Shown here: one piece after another, positions 49,260-62,400 of the stretch
Layout: each line of letters opens with the position of its first letter
How positions within the stretch are numbered: position 1 is the stretch's first letter
From: Dicyema japonicum
Taxonomy: Eukaryota > Animalia > Dicyemida
NCBI GenBank assembly: GCA_011109175.1
Contig: RDEW01000045.1
Span: 364,748 to 428,747, forward strand
Direction of reading: 5' to 3'
Length of the DNA stretch: 64,000 nt
Translations under genes and position numbers: made by a program
The notes under the pieces: model-generated
Seen by the model: only the letters and a program-made list of their open reading frames with translations
Told to the model about the DNA's origin: nothing
Databases searched by the model: none

Positions 49260-50500
49260 AAACTTGTTTGCCATTTTCTTGTCTGTGGTGAATAGGAATG
49301 AAAAGGATTTCTCATAGTTAATTGTCTTTCTGTTCTCGTTTAACCACACAAGTAAACGGTTCAGGTGATTTTGTATTCTCTCTGTGCCAGCCTGGAGTTC
49401 TTGATTTCGTGATGCTAAACAAAGCCGTCTATATAAGCCAAGAGAAGATTTTTCACTCATGGTATCTGAAAGTCAGCTAAGAATAAGTTGAAAAGTAGCG
49501 GAAATAGTAGTGAACCCCAAATTCTTTGAAGATGTTAACTGAGCATTATAGACTTGCTCAGTGTAGAAAATCCCTAGTTGTCTATATTTTTCAGAAATAC
49601 GACGGGGATTGTCGTCGTTCCACCTTTTTCGCGGGAGATCTCTCTTGATTTTCAAAAATAGGGTTATGGTCCCTTCTAATGTCATAAATAACGGACTAAT
49701 TTATTATTGTATAAGGGAGAAGAAAACAGATGTCTGGCGATGTTGGTTGGTCTGTGGTCCTATGAGGTGTTTTCGTGTTTTTGAAAAAGTCATTGATGAT
49801 TGTCAGTGAGTCGGTCTGTAAAAGCAGTTAATTTCTTCTTACATTGGCGGGTTGGTTTGACAATCAGGAAGATCAATTTTTCCTTGTGGTTCCGATTCCA
49901 ATGATCTCTGGCTTTGTCATTTCCCAGGAATTTATTTCAGGTGAATTATCTGTTATTTAAAGCCCTACCTGATAAATATGTGGGATCCTCCACAACATTT
50001 CCTAGTACGATCACATTTTACCCCTAATCCCATACACTTGAATTACTGATTCGATCTCTTAGCGTCGGCCAGAAACAAACGTCCATTATACTTTTGCACA
50101 AGAAATGGTTGATTTGGTTATAAATTGGCACTATATCTTTGCCGCTTCTTCTTCGACTAGTCCATGTGGTAATGTGTCTTGCTGGTTACATAAAATAAGT
50201 ATTTACCAAAACAGATCATCGGCAGAATTATGTTTCTGTTTTCTATGACATGCCTTCTGATCAACTTTTTACAATCCGTTCCTTTTTCCTACTTTCAAAT
50301 TTAAGTTTCCAGCAATGAAAATGGCATGGAATCCTGAATACTACTCAAGGTTGTTGACAGTGTTACGTAGAATAAATTTTCGTTTTCAGGGTATTTTGAG
50401 GAGATATTTTTTGCATGTGCATATCCACTAAGGCTTCCTTATTGATGTTTATTTCTGTATAGCTTTTTAACCAGTGAGGGAAATCACCACCTCAACCATA
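49260..50500 (-). mobile_element. Cluster of degenerate LINE fragments (Ingi-like RT/APE at about 49260-49810; RTE-like APE at about 50050-50500)
   Basis: IQNHLNRLLVWLNENR..NYEKS; TSPDICF; ARHITTWT..IYNQINHFLC. Confidence 0.6.
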
Positions 50501-50599
50501 GTTACTCCAAATTAGTAAACTGATAAATCGTTTTTGTCAGTATATTAATGTTTTTGAAAATTAAGGTTTATAAATAAAAGTTAAATCACTAGTTTAGTC

Positions 50600-51269
50600 A
50601 CTCAATGGTAATATCGTGGACAATGTATATTCAGAGTCACCATTAAATATTGGATAACCGATATTTCCGTCGTTTATCCCCATTATTGTAAGATACCTTA
50701 CATTTTCGTAGTTTGCCAGGGATAATAACTGCAAAACTTAGTCATTCGTCTCGATACAGGACAAAGATTCTACTAATGAAATAGCCTTTGTATCCACAAG
50801 CTTCTGAGATGTTTGCCATCGAACATTGGTGGAAGCATCTCCACCCCGGGAAGTTCTTTCCTGTTTTTACAAGGAGCTCTTTTGTCAAACTTTAATTTAT
50901 GCACGATACCAGATACATCTGACTGATCTCTGAAAGCGCTTTAGTATAATTGTTGCTTTTATGTTAGTGAAGGGTATCCTACACATAGAGAGATTGGTGG
51001 TAAATACATAACTTAAAGGTGAAGCTGATGATCCAAGTATGTGTAGCAGAGTATGATTAAAGCAGTAAACTCAATTTCTTCATGTCAATGTTGAATAACC
51101 TCTCGTTCTCTTTTAAATGTCCTCTCACAAGAAGTCGGATACGCAACCTTTCAGAATTAAGAGAGCATCGAATGCCTGAAATCGAACCCCGGGATAAATT
51201 GGAAGACTTAGAAAGGTAGGGAGTAATACTGCAACTGTAATTACTCGGATACTCAAAGAATACAACCAT
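50600..51269 (-). CDS. Probable small intron-containing host gene of unknown function directly downstream of RPL35A
   Basis: ATG at 51269, coding-like composition and candidate tiny GT-AG introns. Peptides include MVVFFEYPSNYSCSITP and LTKELLVKTGKNFPGWRCFHQCSMANISEACGYKGYF. Exon structure is unresolved. Confidence 0.4.
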
Positions 51270-51303
51270 TAAACAACTTAAATCATTTAAAATCAGAGTT
51301 AGA

Positions 51304-51711
51304 CTAAATATTGGAAGGATATAGCATCTAGGATAATAATAATTTGACAAACCACTCTGATTCTACTCCCAATAGCAGCTGGAGGCAAATTATGTCTGAA
51401 TCTGGCCCTGACAGCGCCAGAGTTGCCATGAGAGGCCACAACCTTCCCCAAATTGCACGTCGTCGAGAATCCTTCACTGGAAACTTATTCTTTCTACTAT
51501 CAACATTTTTACAAACTTTTTCGACTTGTATACATAGCAACACTTCTTTCCGAGGTAAAAGTCAGTCTCTTCCTTTCTTTCAACTCCATCTATTTTAAGG
51601 AGCGCAGTGTTCTCACGTTGATTGGTCCTTCCACGGCGAAATCCTGTAAAAACTGCTTTCACATACAATCTGACATAAGTTTATCATAAACCTTCCTACG
51701 TTCTTCTCCAT
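51304..51711 (-). CDS. RPL35A: 60S ribosomal protein L35a (eL33)
   Basis: [82 protein letters not shown]. Introns at 51670-51691, 51497-51516 and 51328-51352. One apparent 1-nt deletion near 51443. A possible upstream start at 51785. Confidence 0.95.
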
Positions 51712-52120
51712 TCTTTGTGAGGTTTGTTGCCCAACGACTTCTAAAGGCTTGTTGCCCTCCTGAGAGTAAAAAGCAACGCGGTCATGGCGACTGTTGTGTG
51801 ACCTTTTGTTTGTTTTATTTTGTTCTAATGAATGTTGAACTTCTAAAAATAATTAACAAAATTGCACCAACCTACATCCATAAAAACGTGACAGTTAATA
51901 ATTTTATTTAAAATATTAACTATATAATTATGTTATTAACAATTTTATTTTAATTAAATTCTAATGTTAAAAGAGATAATTAATTTTTTGATTTCACATT
52001 TGCCTCAACGGGTTATCTTCAATAATCTTTATGTCTTATTTCAATCGGTTAATTGCTTGTTAAAATGTAAAATGTCATAATATAAAACTTTAAAAAAAAG
52101 CACCATCGATTAAAATTATT

Positions 52121-55075
52121 GTGGTGTGTGGTGGTGTGGTGTAATTGAGAAAGAAGAAGTAACCAGAAGCGATATGCACAAGATCGACAAAAGAGAAGAG
52201 CTTTGTGAATTTTGCAATAAAATTAACAAAGAAAGCGGCTGATATGTTGTGTCGTTTGTTCGTCGTTTTTTCACATGTCATGTGTTGGAATGACCAAAAA
52301 AGCCCTTACCACCATTACCAACTGGTGTTGCCAGGCATGCCTCCTTCCTGGGACGAAAGCACCATCGACTCCACCTAATTCACCTGAACGAATACCAATA
52401 GATTACCAGAAAACCCTTGAATCAATTGCAAACCTGGCATCTACACGAAGGATCATGATCAAAATTCCAAAAGCAGCCCGTGTTCCTGCCGCCGACTGTT
52501 TACACGATTGTATTGAAAGGGCAATTTCTTCGACTGACCCAGTTGATTGGACACGATTATTCTACTTTGCACCATACACGCTATGTATGCCCTGTCAGAA
52601 GAGGAAAGATCAGGAATCGCTCACGTCTATTGTAAAGGAAAATATTTGCTTGTTTTCTTCTGGAAATTTGTTCAGTGACTCCCGAGAATATACCTTCAAG
52701 CCCTCAAACCACGAGAACCATGCCTCAGAAACACAAAGATTGAGAAGAGCGATACATCGCAAACTATCTGAAGGTGGAGTCCGGGCCGCCGTGAGGACTC
52801 TAGAAGAGCATAACCGTCTAATTGAGCCAACTGAACACTCCTACGATGCACTGGTTGAACGACATCCTGGTCCGCCAGTGGACGAGCAGATCCCTACTTG
52901 CTCTGGAGAATTACCTAGTCTGATTATTTCTGAGGGGGACGTGAAAGATGCGATCCTCTCATTCGCCCGAGCAGCAGTGGCGGACTCGACGGACTCCGTC
53001 CAGGACACCTAAAAGACTTAATTGATCAGAATACGGGGAACTCTGGTGTTCGGCTATTATCGGCTATAACGAGGTTAATCAACAGAATGCTTTCCGGAAG
53101 ATTACCAGAAGCAATCCGTCATATTATGTTTTCCGCCAAGTTAATTGCCTTTGATAAATGTGGAGGAGGAATTCGTCCTATTGCTGTTGGGTTTGTTTTT
53201 CGTCGACTGGCTTCTAAACTTGCTAGCAGAGCAATCCTTCCGATGCTTGTCAAACAACTGCGACCAACCCAAGTAGGGGTCGGTACTCCTGGTGGATGTG
53301 AGGCGGCGGTTCATGCCGTTCGGATGTTTACTGGAAACAGAACGAACATGCCTTGTGTGGTCCTCAAGATTGACATAAAAAACGCCTTCAATACCATACG
53401 GCGCGATGTAATTTTGGAAGATTGTCTTACCCATTACCCGTCTATATATAATTATGTTCATTGTTCGTATGGAAAACCGTCCAGTCTTGTACATGGGAAA
53501 TACTTCATTCCCTCGTCGTGTGGGGTTCAACAAGGAGACCCACTAGGACCGGCATTGTTCTGCCTCGGTGTCGACCGTGTCATGAGATGCCTTACTACTC
53601 CGCTGAACGTGTGGTATTTGGATGATTGCACCCTGGGAGGTCATCCTAACAATGTATATGACTGTCTACAGAGATTACAAACACAATTGGATACGCTTGG
53701 TTTAAAGCTAAACGCAGCCAAATGCGAAATTGTTAATTATGGATTCTCCCGATATGAATGGAATCGGATCCTATTAATGTTTCGGGGGATTATTCCTAAA
53801 ATATCGGAAATCGAGCCGGATCATTTGGAAATACTTGGATGCCCTCTGGCTGAAACTGGAATTAACGACACTCTGTTGGCTAAAGAACAGCAACTAAGAA
53901 AAACTTTTTTACGCCTTGGGATGCTGGATGCACATACCTCTCTTTTTCTCATGAAAAACGCTTTATCCACGCAGAAATTAAATTACGTCCTTCGAGGGGC
54001 TCCATGTTACCTGAAAATGCAACAACTCGGGGCGATTGACTCCCTATTCCGGTCTACGACCGAACGTATTACTAATGTCGAATTCGACGAACAAGGATGG
54101 GAACAAGCAACCTTGCCCGTTCGCTTTGGTGGACTCGGAATTCTCTCACCATCTGATTTGGCACACCCGGCATATCAATCCTCATTGGACTCCAATCAGA
54201 ATTTGATCATGATGATTCTCCAGCTCCCATCAGAGTCGTCAAAGATCGAAGATTTGGTACACCCTAAAGTCAAACAACTCGGGCAGAGAGACCTTTATGA
54301 GTCTGTTTGCGAGGATAAATACGAGAGGCTTTTGAAAATATCTAACCAACACCGACGAGCCTGTCTTTTAACTGCAAGATGCGAGTGGAGCGGGGCTTGG
54401 ATCAATGCCCTACCCATTGGAAACGTGGGAACTCACCTAGACGATGAAACGGTCCGCACCGGAGTCTCCATCAGACTTGGATTGAAAGTTTGTCAACCCC
54501 ATGAGTGCCGATGCGGCCGGAAGGTCGACTGCTATGGACATCATGCCCTTTCTTGTCGAAAAAGCGCAGGTCGATTCGCTAGACACAAGGCTATAAATGA
54601 AGTGGTGAAGCGCGCCCTCGAGTTGGCGGGATACCCATCCATTCTAGAGCCAACGGGCTTGAGTAGGGATGATGGGAAGCGACCCGATGGAATTACTGTC
54701 TTCCCCTTCTCTCGGGGCAAATGCTTAATTTGGGATGCTGCCTGTACTGACAGCTTTTCCCAGTCGAAACTTTTGAGTTCGGCAATGAAAGCGGGAGAGG
54801 CCGCCCGTTTATATGAAAACTCAAAAATAAAGAAATACAGCAGCCTCCTAAACCGTTTCCATGTACAGCCAGTGGTCGTCGAGACGAGCGGAGTCTTTGG
54901 CCCCAAGACGGTCTCTTTCCTTAGAGCACTTGGGTGTCTATTGACCAAAGCCTCGAGGGAGCGTCGGGAAACCGAGTGGCTTTTCCAAAGGATATCCTTG
55001 GCAGTAGTCAGAGGTAACAGCCACTCGATCATATCCGCTGGACTTTAGAACGATTTTATTGTTATAAATAAATTT
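52121..55075 (+). mobile_element. Near-intact CRE-clade non-LTR retrotransposon with N-terminal PHD finger, RT, CCHC and REL endonuclease
   Basis: CEFC..HMSC..WCCQAC (PHD), GGIRPIAVG, DIKNAFN, GVQQGDPLGP, WYLDD, LPVRFGGLG, CRCG..HALSC, RH, KRPDG and RISLAVVRGN motifs; only a few indels break the ORF. Confidence 0.92.
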
Positions 55076-56289
55076 ATATTTAGGTTGTCGGAGAAGAATT
55101 GAATTTGGCATGGACTTTTGTCACAATTCAAACTTTACCACGTAATTTTACCAGAACATAGAGAGCTTGACCACTATTTAAATTTATCAGACAACGATGA
55201 AAACTTAACTTTGTGATGGTGATCGTCTTAAAGTTTAAAGGATCCTCAAACCGGTCATTATCAACGTTATACACTCAATTCATCGAGCCAACTATAAGTT
55301 ATGGATGTGGAGCTTGGGAAACAAAACTTGCCTAAACAAATATGGATAAGGTTAACTACGCTGAATCAAATGTGACCAAAACAATCTCTCGAATCACAGG
55401 ACTACCAATAAGGGCGACCCCATTTGAGGTCCTTGTAATGAATTCCGGTGGTATATTCACTCAAAATGGAAAACCGCCAGAAGCACCCAAAGCAGTTATA
55501 GTACTCCCTAAGCAATTATTCTTATAAGTGCTTGATTTAATAATTTTAGCGCTACTAGGTTTTTTAAATGCTAGAAACAAATTGCTCCACTTATCATTTT
55601 AAATCACCCTGAGACTGGCGTTGCAAGGGGCAACAAAGGGCGACCTTGACATCGTCCCCCCTTTACGGAGGAAAGGACAAATATATTCTTAATTTAAAAT
55701 CAAATATATTCATAATTGTTGTTATCTCGACCCAACAGCACCTGAAATGGAGAAAGCCGCGTGGCGCCTTGTGGTGTGGCTAATTGGTTAAAAGTTTATA
55801 TTCCTTCTTTCTGATAGCTCCATTGGATCCACCTTACTACGAAGACACCCAATACCTGGCGGAATCCTAAAGGATCTAATTATTTATTCCACCGGGAGAT
55901 AATTTCGTATACTGGCGACGAGTTCTAAAATCGACTTCAGCTTTCTGGACAAGTCCTCTGAATCACTGTTCTGGGTGAAGGTTTTCCTGGAACGCGTCAG
56001 GACCAAGGAATTAGTTAGTTTAGTTTCACCCTTGGTCTCTGGAACAATTCTATTTTTATATTACTCCATGGAAGGAAATTTGACATTCCATGACCGACAA
56101 CCCACAACTTTGCAGATTCTTAATGCCAAATATCTTCAACGAGTGAAAAAAACAACTAAAAACTGGAGACTACATCTGCATGTTGAGAAGTACAGCCTAC
56201 AACCATTGATGATAAAAGAACATTGTAAAAAAGTTTCGCTTTTTTGTTCATATGGCAATACTAATATTAATATAGGAACTTTTTTTTGA

Positions 56290-56555
56290 TCATATTATCA
56301 TTATTATTAAAAGCACTCCCGAGAAAACATAAATTATTTAAGTTTCCCTTTGCCGTATTCCTAATCATCCTCTCCGTCAACCTCGACCATGATTTTCTGT
56401 TGCGCGCTAGTTCTCTTAGGTAGTCCAGATCGTCCGCCGAAGTTAGTCTCATACCAACCGCCGATAGGTCTTTGTTCAAGATAGTCGGAAGTTTGGTTCT
56501 CGGTCTTCCGCGAAATCCGGCTCCTGTGTTCGCCAAGTATTTGACCATTGCGAAA
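56290..56555 (-). mobile_element. RTE 3'-end fragment (family of 19500-21351)
   Basis: YLANTGAGFRGRPRTKLPTILNKDLSAVG..; the 3' UTR ttctcgggagtgcttt and the TAA-like tail are conserved. Confidence 0.9.
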
Positions 56556-58344
56556 TTTGTGGAACCTGATAATTTAGACGTCTTGATTGAAAATATCAAT
56601 CAATTAATGCATTTTTGATCATATGACAGTGCTAATATTAATTGTGGTTATCTGTAAATTAATTGGAAACAAAAATATATTAAATTAATTTTTTGAATTT
56701 AAAATCCAAATTAGAAACCTCCAGGAATCCTTCACATTGGGTCAATCATTGGGCAAGAAAAAAGATGTTTACACTCAAAACTGTAATGTTCAGCTTGGCT
56801 TTACTATCAATCTCATACATCGAAAGATGAGTTGACAATTAATAGCTAATAAAATGTGTTCAGTTCATATGGTCAAAGAAAAAAAAGAAGACTTAAGTCC
56901 ATTCAGAACTAACATGAAGGGAAGAAAACGTCCAGTCCTTGCAGTTGTGGGAACCTTACTGATGATCACCGGGAGCCATTTGAGACGATATCAATACGGC
57001 ATTCTAAAACAAGGGAAGTGAAAGAACAGATGGAATGAATATGACCAACTACTTTAATATTTTATGGAACCAATAAAATTTATTAGTCATAAATATTCAA
57101 AAATCTAAAATTAATGCATAAGTAATAAATTACAAGAGATATCAAATTTAATGAACTAAAGAATATAATTATTACTGATTAGTGGCTATATGGTCAAATG
57201 ATTGTTGTGGTGACGTACCTCCATTGCAAGAGTGTATTAATCTCATCAAGGATATGACTTTTCGTTACAGTTTCTATCCGTTTAAGTAATTGACTCACGA
57301 AGTTGCAACGAGAAAGCGTTGAATAAACTCTTCTTTGGTTTCGAATCTCAACAAGCACGATTTAAAAAAGTTTGCCATGAGGAAAAAATGGAATTATTAA
57401 TTCTCTAAAGTTTTAAATGATAATTTTTATTTGCATTGTTGACTGATATTCAATTACTTATTATTATTTTTAATTTGAACGGAAAGTGAAGAACAGTACA
57501 CAAACGGAACCCTAAATATTCACATGCTTATGGATATCGCGGGCTAACTATCTTTAATTAAATGTTAATATTTTAAAAGTCCATGCTTCACAAACGAATC
57601 TTTTATCTAAGGCGGCGAAACTATTGAAGAAGTCTTCTTTCAAGGAAATCTTGTCCAGAAGCTTTGAAGCTATGGTTAATACGAATTAGGAAATTTTCTG
57701 GCAGAAGATTTGTGCGCGTGAATATCGTAAATGATCCGGAACACAGTCTGAACAGAAGGGAAAGATGCGAAGACTGCTTAGGGAGGCAGGAATCTCCTGA
57801 ATTTTGTTCGTTTTGGTTAAGACGGTTGTATTCTTTTTCAATAAATTTAACTAATTTAAATTTAAGTAACCGGTTCGCAGAAGCTGTTTCTATAGGGTCT
57901 CATACCACAAACTGTCAAAGCCCTGCAAATATTAAAGTAACTGACATTACACTTAAATTTACGTGTCTTTGTTATCTCGGAATTAAGATTAAATAGGCAG
58001 TGACCGCAAAACTTTTCTGAACGGAAATCAAACAATTGCTTATTGATTCAACCTACTCCTATGTAAATAATTCGCTCCATAATTTTTAATATATTGGTCG
58101 ATAGCTCAGATGATTCTTATTTGGTTATCACGATTTAAAAACTAGTCTGTTGATTCAGTTTTAGGCTATGACTGAATAGTCAAAGGAGATCTTCGATAAG
58201 GTTCATAAGTCCTTTTAAACAATTTTATTATTATATGAAGTCTAAGTGCATTGTTTCTGCTTTCTCTTGAGGCAGAGTGTATCTCCTATATTGCCACTTC
58301 AAGAATTTGATTGTTCTTTCTTTTTTTAACAAAAAATTTTTTTA

Positions 58345-58775
58345 ACAATTAAACAAATGTCAATTGAGGAAGCATGCTGCGTAGATTGCGAACGAGTTCC
58401 CTCGGAGTATAGCTATTCCAATCTTTTGTCTTAGCCATAACCCTTCTCGTTGATCCCTTTTCTTTCTGGCAAGCAATCCTCCGAGTTTTCGCATTGGACC
58501 AACGGCTCCCGATGATTCGGTCGCAACAGAAGTAAATCGGTAGCGATCCCCGAGGCAAGAATATTTCTTGATTTTTAGGTTCTCCGCAGTCGAAGCAGCT
58601 GCTCCATGTGTCTGAACCGATTTAAAAATGTTCGTGCTTGAGAACGTGTCTATGCAAGTTGCGTCCCAGACCAAAAATCTTCCAGAAGTGAAGGGGAAAA
58701 GGGTCATCCCGTCAGGTCTCTTCCCATCTCCTCGATCAAGACCCACTGGTTCAAGCTGTGCTGAGAACCCTGTTC
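58345..58775 (-). mobile_element. CRE-like 3' REL fragment (short related pieces at about 8845-8930, 29140-29230 and 36930-37100)
   Basis: GDGKRPDGMTLFPF..VWDATC..IGIAILRGNS motifs. Confidence 0.88.
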
Positions 58776-59487
58776 TTTAAAACATAGTTCTTTTAAAACA
58801 TTTTTGATCTACGGTTATATCCAGGGGTCGACTATCTCATTAAAAACGAAAATCAATTTAGTTAAAGGCACATAATCCTTGGCCTATAAGTGTACGAGCT
58901 AGTCCTTCGATCGACTCAATGATCCAAAGGGTCACCAAGGATCTATGTGAGACTGGATGCCTTTGAGAACATATCTCGTTCTAGATAGCGTCAGAGGAAA
59001 CAGCTTGCCAATTCAAGTTCCCTAATTTAATTTCCTTAATTTTTAAAGAACGTTGTTAAATGAGGTAACTCTCCCACAGGAAGATAATAAAAGTTGTTTC
59101 AAACATTCTACAATCCCGTTGCTTTGTGTGGAATACGTGAAAGGTCAATATAATCCATTGTATGACTGATGGTTGATAGAATGATGAATTGTCTAATTAA
59201 TATTATTCCACATTAATACTATTTGATTTATACGGACGTTTTTAATTCTCTATAATATCCTTCAAATACAACCAATAGAAAATCGAAGGTGACTGCCTGT
59301 CTCAGCGTAGAAGCTCTGATGAGAATAAGTCTTTAGTGGTTTTAAGGACTCATACTTAAAGAAAATTAAAGACCATCTGCGTTCAGTTACTGTAACAAAA
59401 TATATTATTATATTTTGATAAATTTGGCGATAATGATTATCGTAGCGTAACTGTATTTAAATTTTTTTTGCGGTACTTTTGATAAGT

Positions 59488-62400
59488 ATGTCAGAGACCG
59501 CACTGCTTATTATTTTTGGAATCACAGATTCCACTGAAAGCACAAAAGAATCGCTTTTAAATTGTAACACTAATATTCAGCAACATAATTGACGTGCCCA
59601 AAATAAATTATTCTGACTCTGTGTATTCTGTATTTTATATTATTAATATTAATTAATTAAAATCGATAAAAATGTATGCCTTATTAATTTAATTGATTAT
59701 AATAATTAGCGCCAATTAATACAAATATTGATAGGTCTGCAAAGTGTTGGGAATAAAATAAGTCAATTCAGCCTCTCCAAGGAAATTGATTGTGTCCTAA
59801 ATACTTTCGAAAATTCCAAAAATGATAATTTCGGTATTATTAGCTAATTTCATCTTTCTAGAATCGAATACTGAAATTACAAAATCACACGTGTCTCCTT
59901 ATGCTGCGACATATTGCATCTTTAATGGGACAATTCAAACAATCCAAAACACAGTCGTTGCCTCGCTTATGAGTTATTCCAAAAAGTAGTCGTATAATCT
60001 AAAGAGAACTGTTTATATAATACTAATGGGGGACTACTTCTCTGATGGGGGTGAATTTGCACTCCAAGATGATCTCTTTAGCATTAGTAAATTCCACAGC
60101 ATCTTGAATTCCGTTGAAATGCGACTAGATGGGATTGATGAAACGTCTCCCTGAATGTTGTAATCTCAACTCCAAATCCAGAATGGACTCAGTCAAGGAT
60201 AGATTACAAATCCTCACGAATATTGGTTTTATAGTCATCTTATGCGTAGGTTGAAGTCCTTTCAAATCAAGTCTCTTCCTCGAATGAACATCCAACCTAT
60301 AAAAGATTTGTGGAAGACACGACTGAGATACTTTGTCTCCTAAATGCCAAAAATCAACATTATTTTTCTACAAAAAGCGAAAATATGGGAAATTTGTCCG
60401 TTGAGTCGCCAACATTGTTATTATAGTCCTTAATATCCCTTAGATATGCCCTCCCATGTGGGAACTCTCAAAATTTATTATTTTCTGTCCCTGGATTTAC
60501 AATGATGATAAACTGTGGTTTTGACAAGCAGATACCGTCCTGGAACCTTCTAAAACACTTTTCTGCTCTCGACAGTCTCATTATCTCGTCTTTTGAAAAA
60601 AAGAATTGCCGAGCTGCCGTTTCACTGGTCAAAACCTTGCAAAAACTCGGAAAACCCAGGCTGGCCCATGTATTTATGGATTACATAGAAGAAAATATGG
60701 ATTCTATTAGAAACTCGCAAGCTGTCAATGTTAATGAGGAGAAATATAAATTTACTGAAACTTTGCAAGAAATGAGAGTCCCTGTTGAATATATTCACAA
60801 TCTGGAGGGCCCATCAGTTCTTTACAAACGAGTGGGAATCGGTACGCTTAGTCTCTTCGGTCTGGGGAAGGCTAAGTCATCCGATAGGAATGTAATACGA
60901 CCTCTGACTAGGTCTACAGTCAAACCAATCTCAGTAAATCCCCCAAATACAGTTCCTTTAAAGGACAGCAGTCAGCGGTCCATTTTAATTCGTTGGATGC
61001 CTTATAATCCAGAATCAAAAGTAGTTTCCATTTTGGTGAGTCCAAATATGACTGAAAATGAAATTATTTCTCACCTCAGATCAATCAGCAACAAAAACGT
61101 CATTTATTGCTCTCCAATAGTTCAGCAAACCTCTGAAGTCCTTTCTCCTTCCACAAATAATCAAGCAAAGCCTACACCAACTAAATTCAGTAATAGACTG
61201 AAACGATCAGTCACTTTTACGGAACCTCCCGGTTTCAAATTATTGACGAAAAAGTCTTCTACAATTGTCAAGGGGGGTGCAAGGGAGACAAAAGTAGTAT
61301 TACAAAGGGGACAATCTGCTGAGGCCAAAAACCTTAGTAAAACACTTCGGACAAGTGAAAATGAGATTAAGACAACGAGAGACAATCTCAGGAAAGAAAA
61401 TAAGGAATCTACAATGAAAATGTTTCAGAATGGCAGTGGTTATCATAAAACTGAGACTTCCGCAAAAAAACCAGCGAATAACATTTCTAAACCTCCAATG
61501 AGAAGATCTCAAACTCCACATAAAGGATACGCACCTCCAAATAAAAAATGTAAAAACTCAGAATCCATTGATATCCCACCAGTAAACAAGTGTGTTACTC
61601 AGAATACTATCGTACAGAATTCGAGAAAGTCCAATAATTCCGAGAATGGTACAAATGGCTCAATTAGCCCCAATAAATCAGCTCACATGGTTAACATAGA
61701 ATCAGGAATAAAGACTATATTTAACCAAAGTGTAGAAATTCGCACATTTGGTTTTGATGCAGATAATGAGCACGTGATACTTACAGAACCTGAATTGGAG
61801 TATAAAGAAGAGGCCTTTGGAGAAATTCAAAATTATAATTCTGATGAGGTCCTGAAAGATAGTACGGAAGTTGATAAAGAAAATGTACTCAATCAAATAA
61901 TTACATGCGGGGGTTTACATTCTACGGAACCGAACCTGAAATTCAAGAATCCCCCGTTGTGCTAGATTTCAAGCAGGACGATTTAGAACTTTTGTTCGTT
62001 CCAGAGAATACTGAAACCAAAGTTCAAAACAAGTGGGAAGAGGTAACTTCCGATAATGAGACATCCATCGAACAATTTAATCCAATAGATGAAGAAATTG
62101 AAGCATTTCCACAAATTAAAGATAATCAGAAAAACCTTGGGGAGATGAAAGAAAAGGACTGCTGCACTTATCAAATGGAAAATGTAAAAGTCCTGGAAGA
62201 GACAGTGCAAGAAGTCAAAATAGACGAATCACCGCTGGGGGGAGTCGACTTCCAAGAAAAGTTTCTTTCTGATGACAGTTTGTGTGATATACCTGAAAAT
62301 CAACCAAGTTTAAAAAATGAAGAAATAAATGAGATTATTGAGGACTTTGATGACTCTGCAAATATACTTGACATTTCTACTATAGAAACCACAAACAAAC

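Noticed and set aside
50760-50960. DEG/ENaC assignment for the CFHQC..ISEACG peptide
   Set aside because: Only a loose cysteine-spacing resemblance; the region is too short and no transmembrane segments are visible.
51435-51455. RPL35A as a frameshifted pseudogene
   Set aside because: A single missing base in a short A/G run, with fully conserved protein on both sides and intact introns. This fits the homopolymer errors seen throughout.
24237-51691. Apparent avoidance of stop-free 3n introns (the three 24-nt HIPK introns all contain in-frame stops)
   Set aside because: Ascertainment bias: stop-free 3n introns are invisible in ORF-based reading, and 30251-30271 in Dicer looks like a stop-free 21-nt intron. 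This needs RNA-seq.
52960-53090. Programmed frameshift between the two CRE ORFs
   Set aside because: The break falls inside a conserved single-ORF motif (SSGGLDGLRPGHLKDL) with no slippery heptamer, so a simple indel is more likely.
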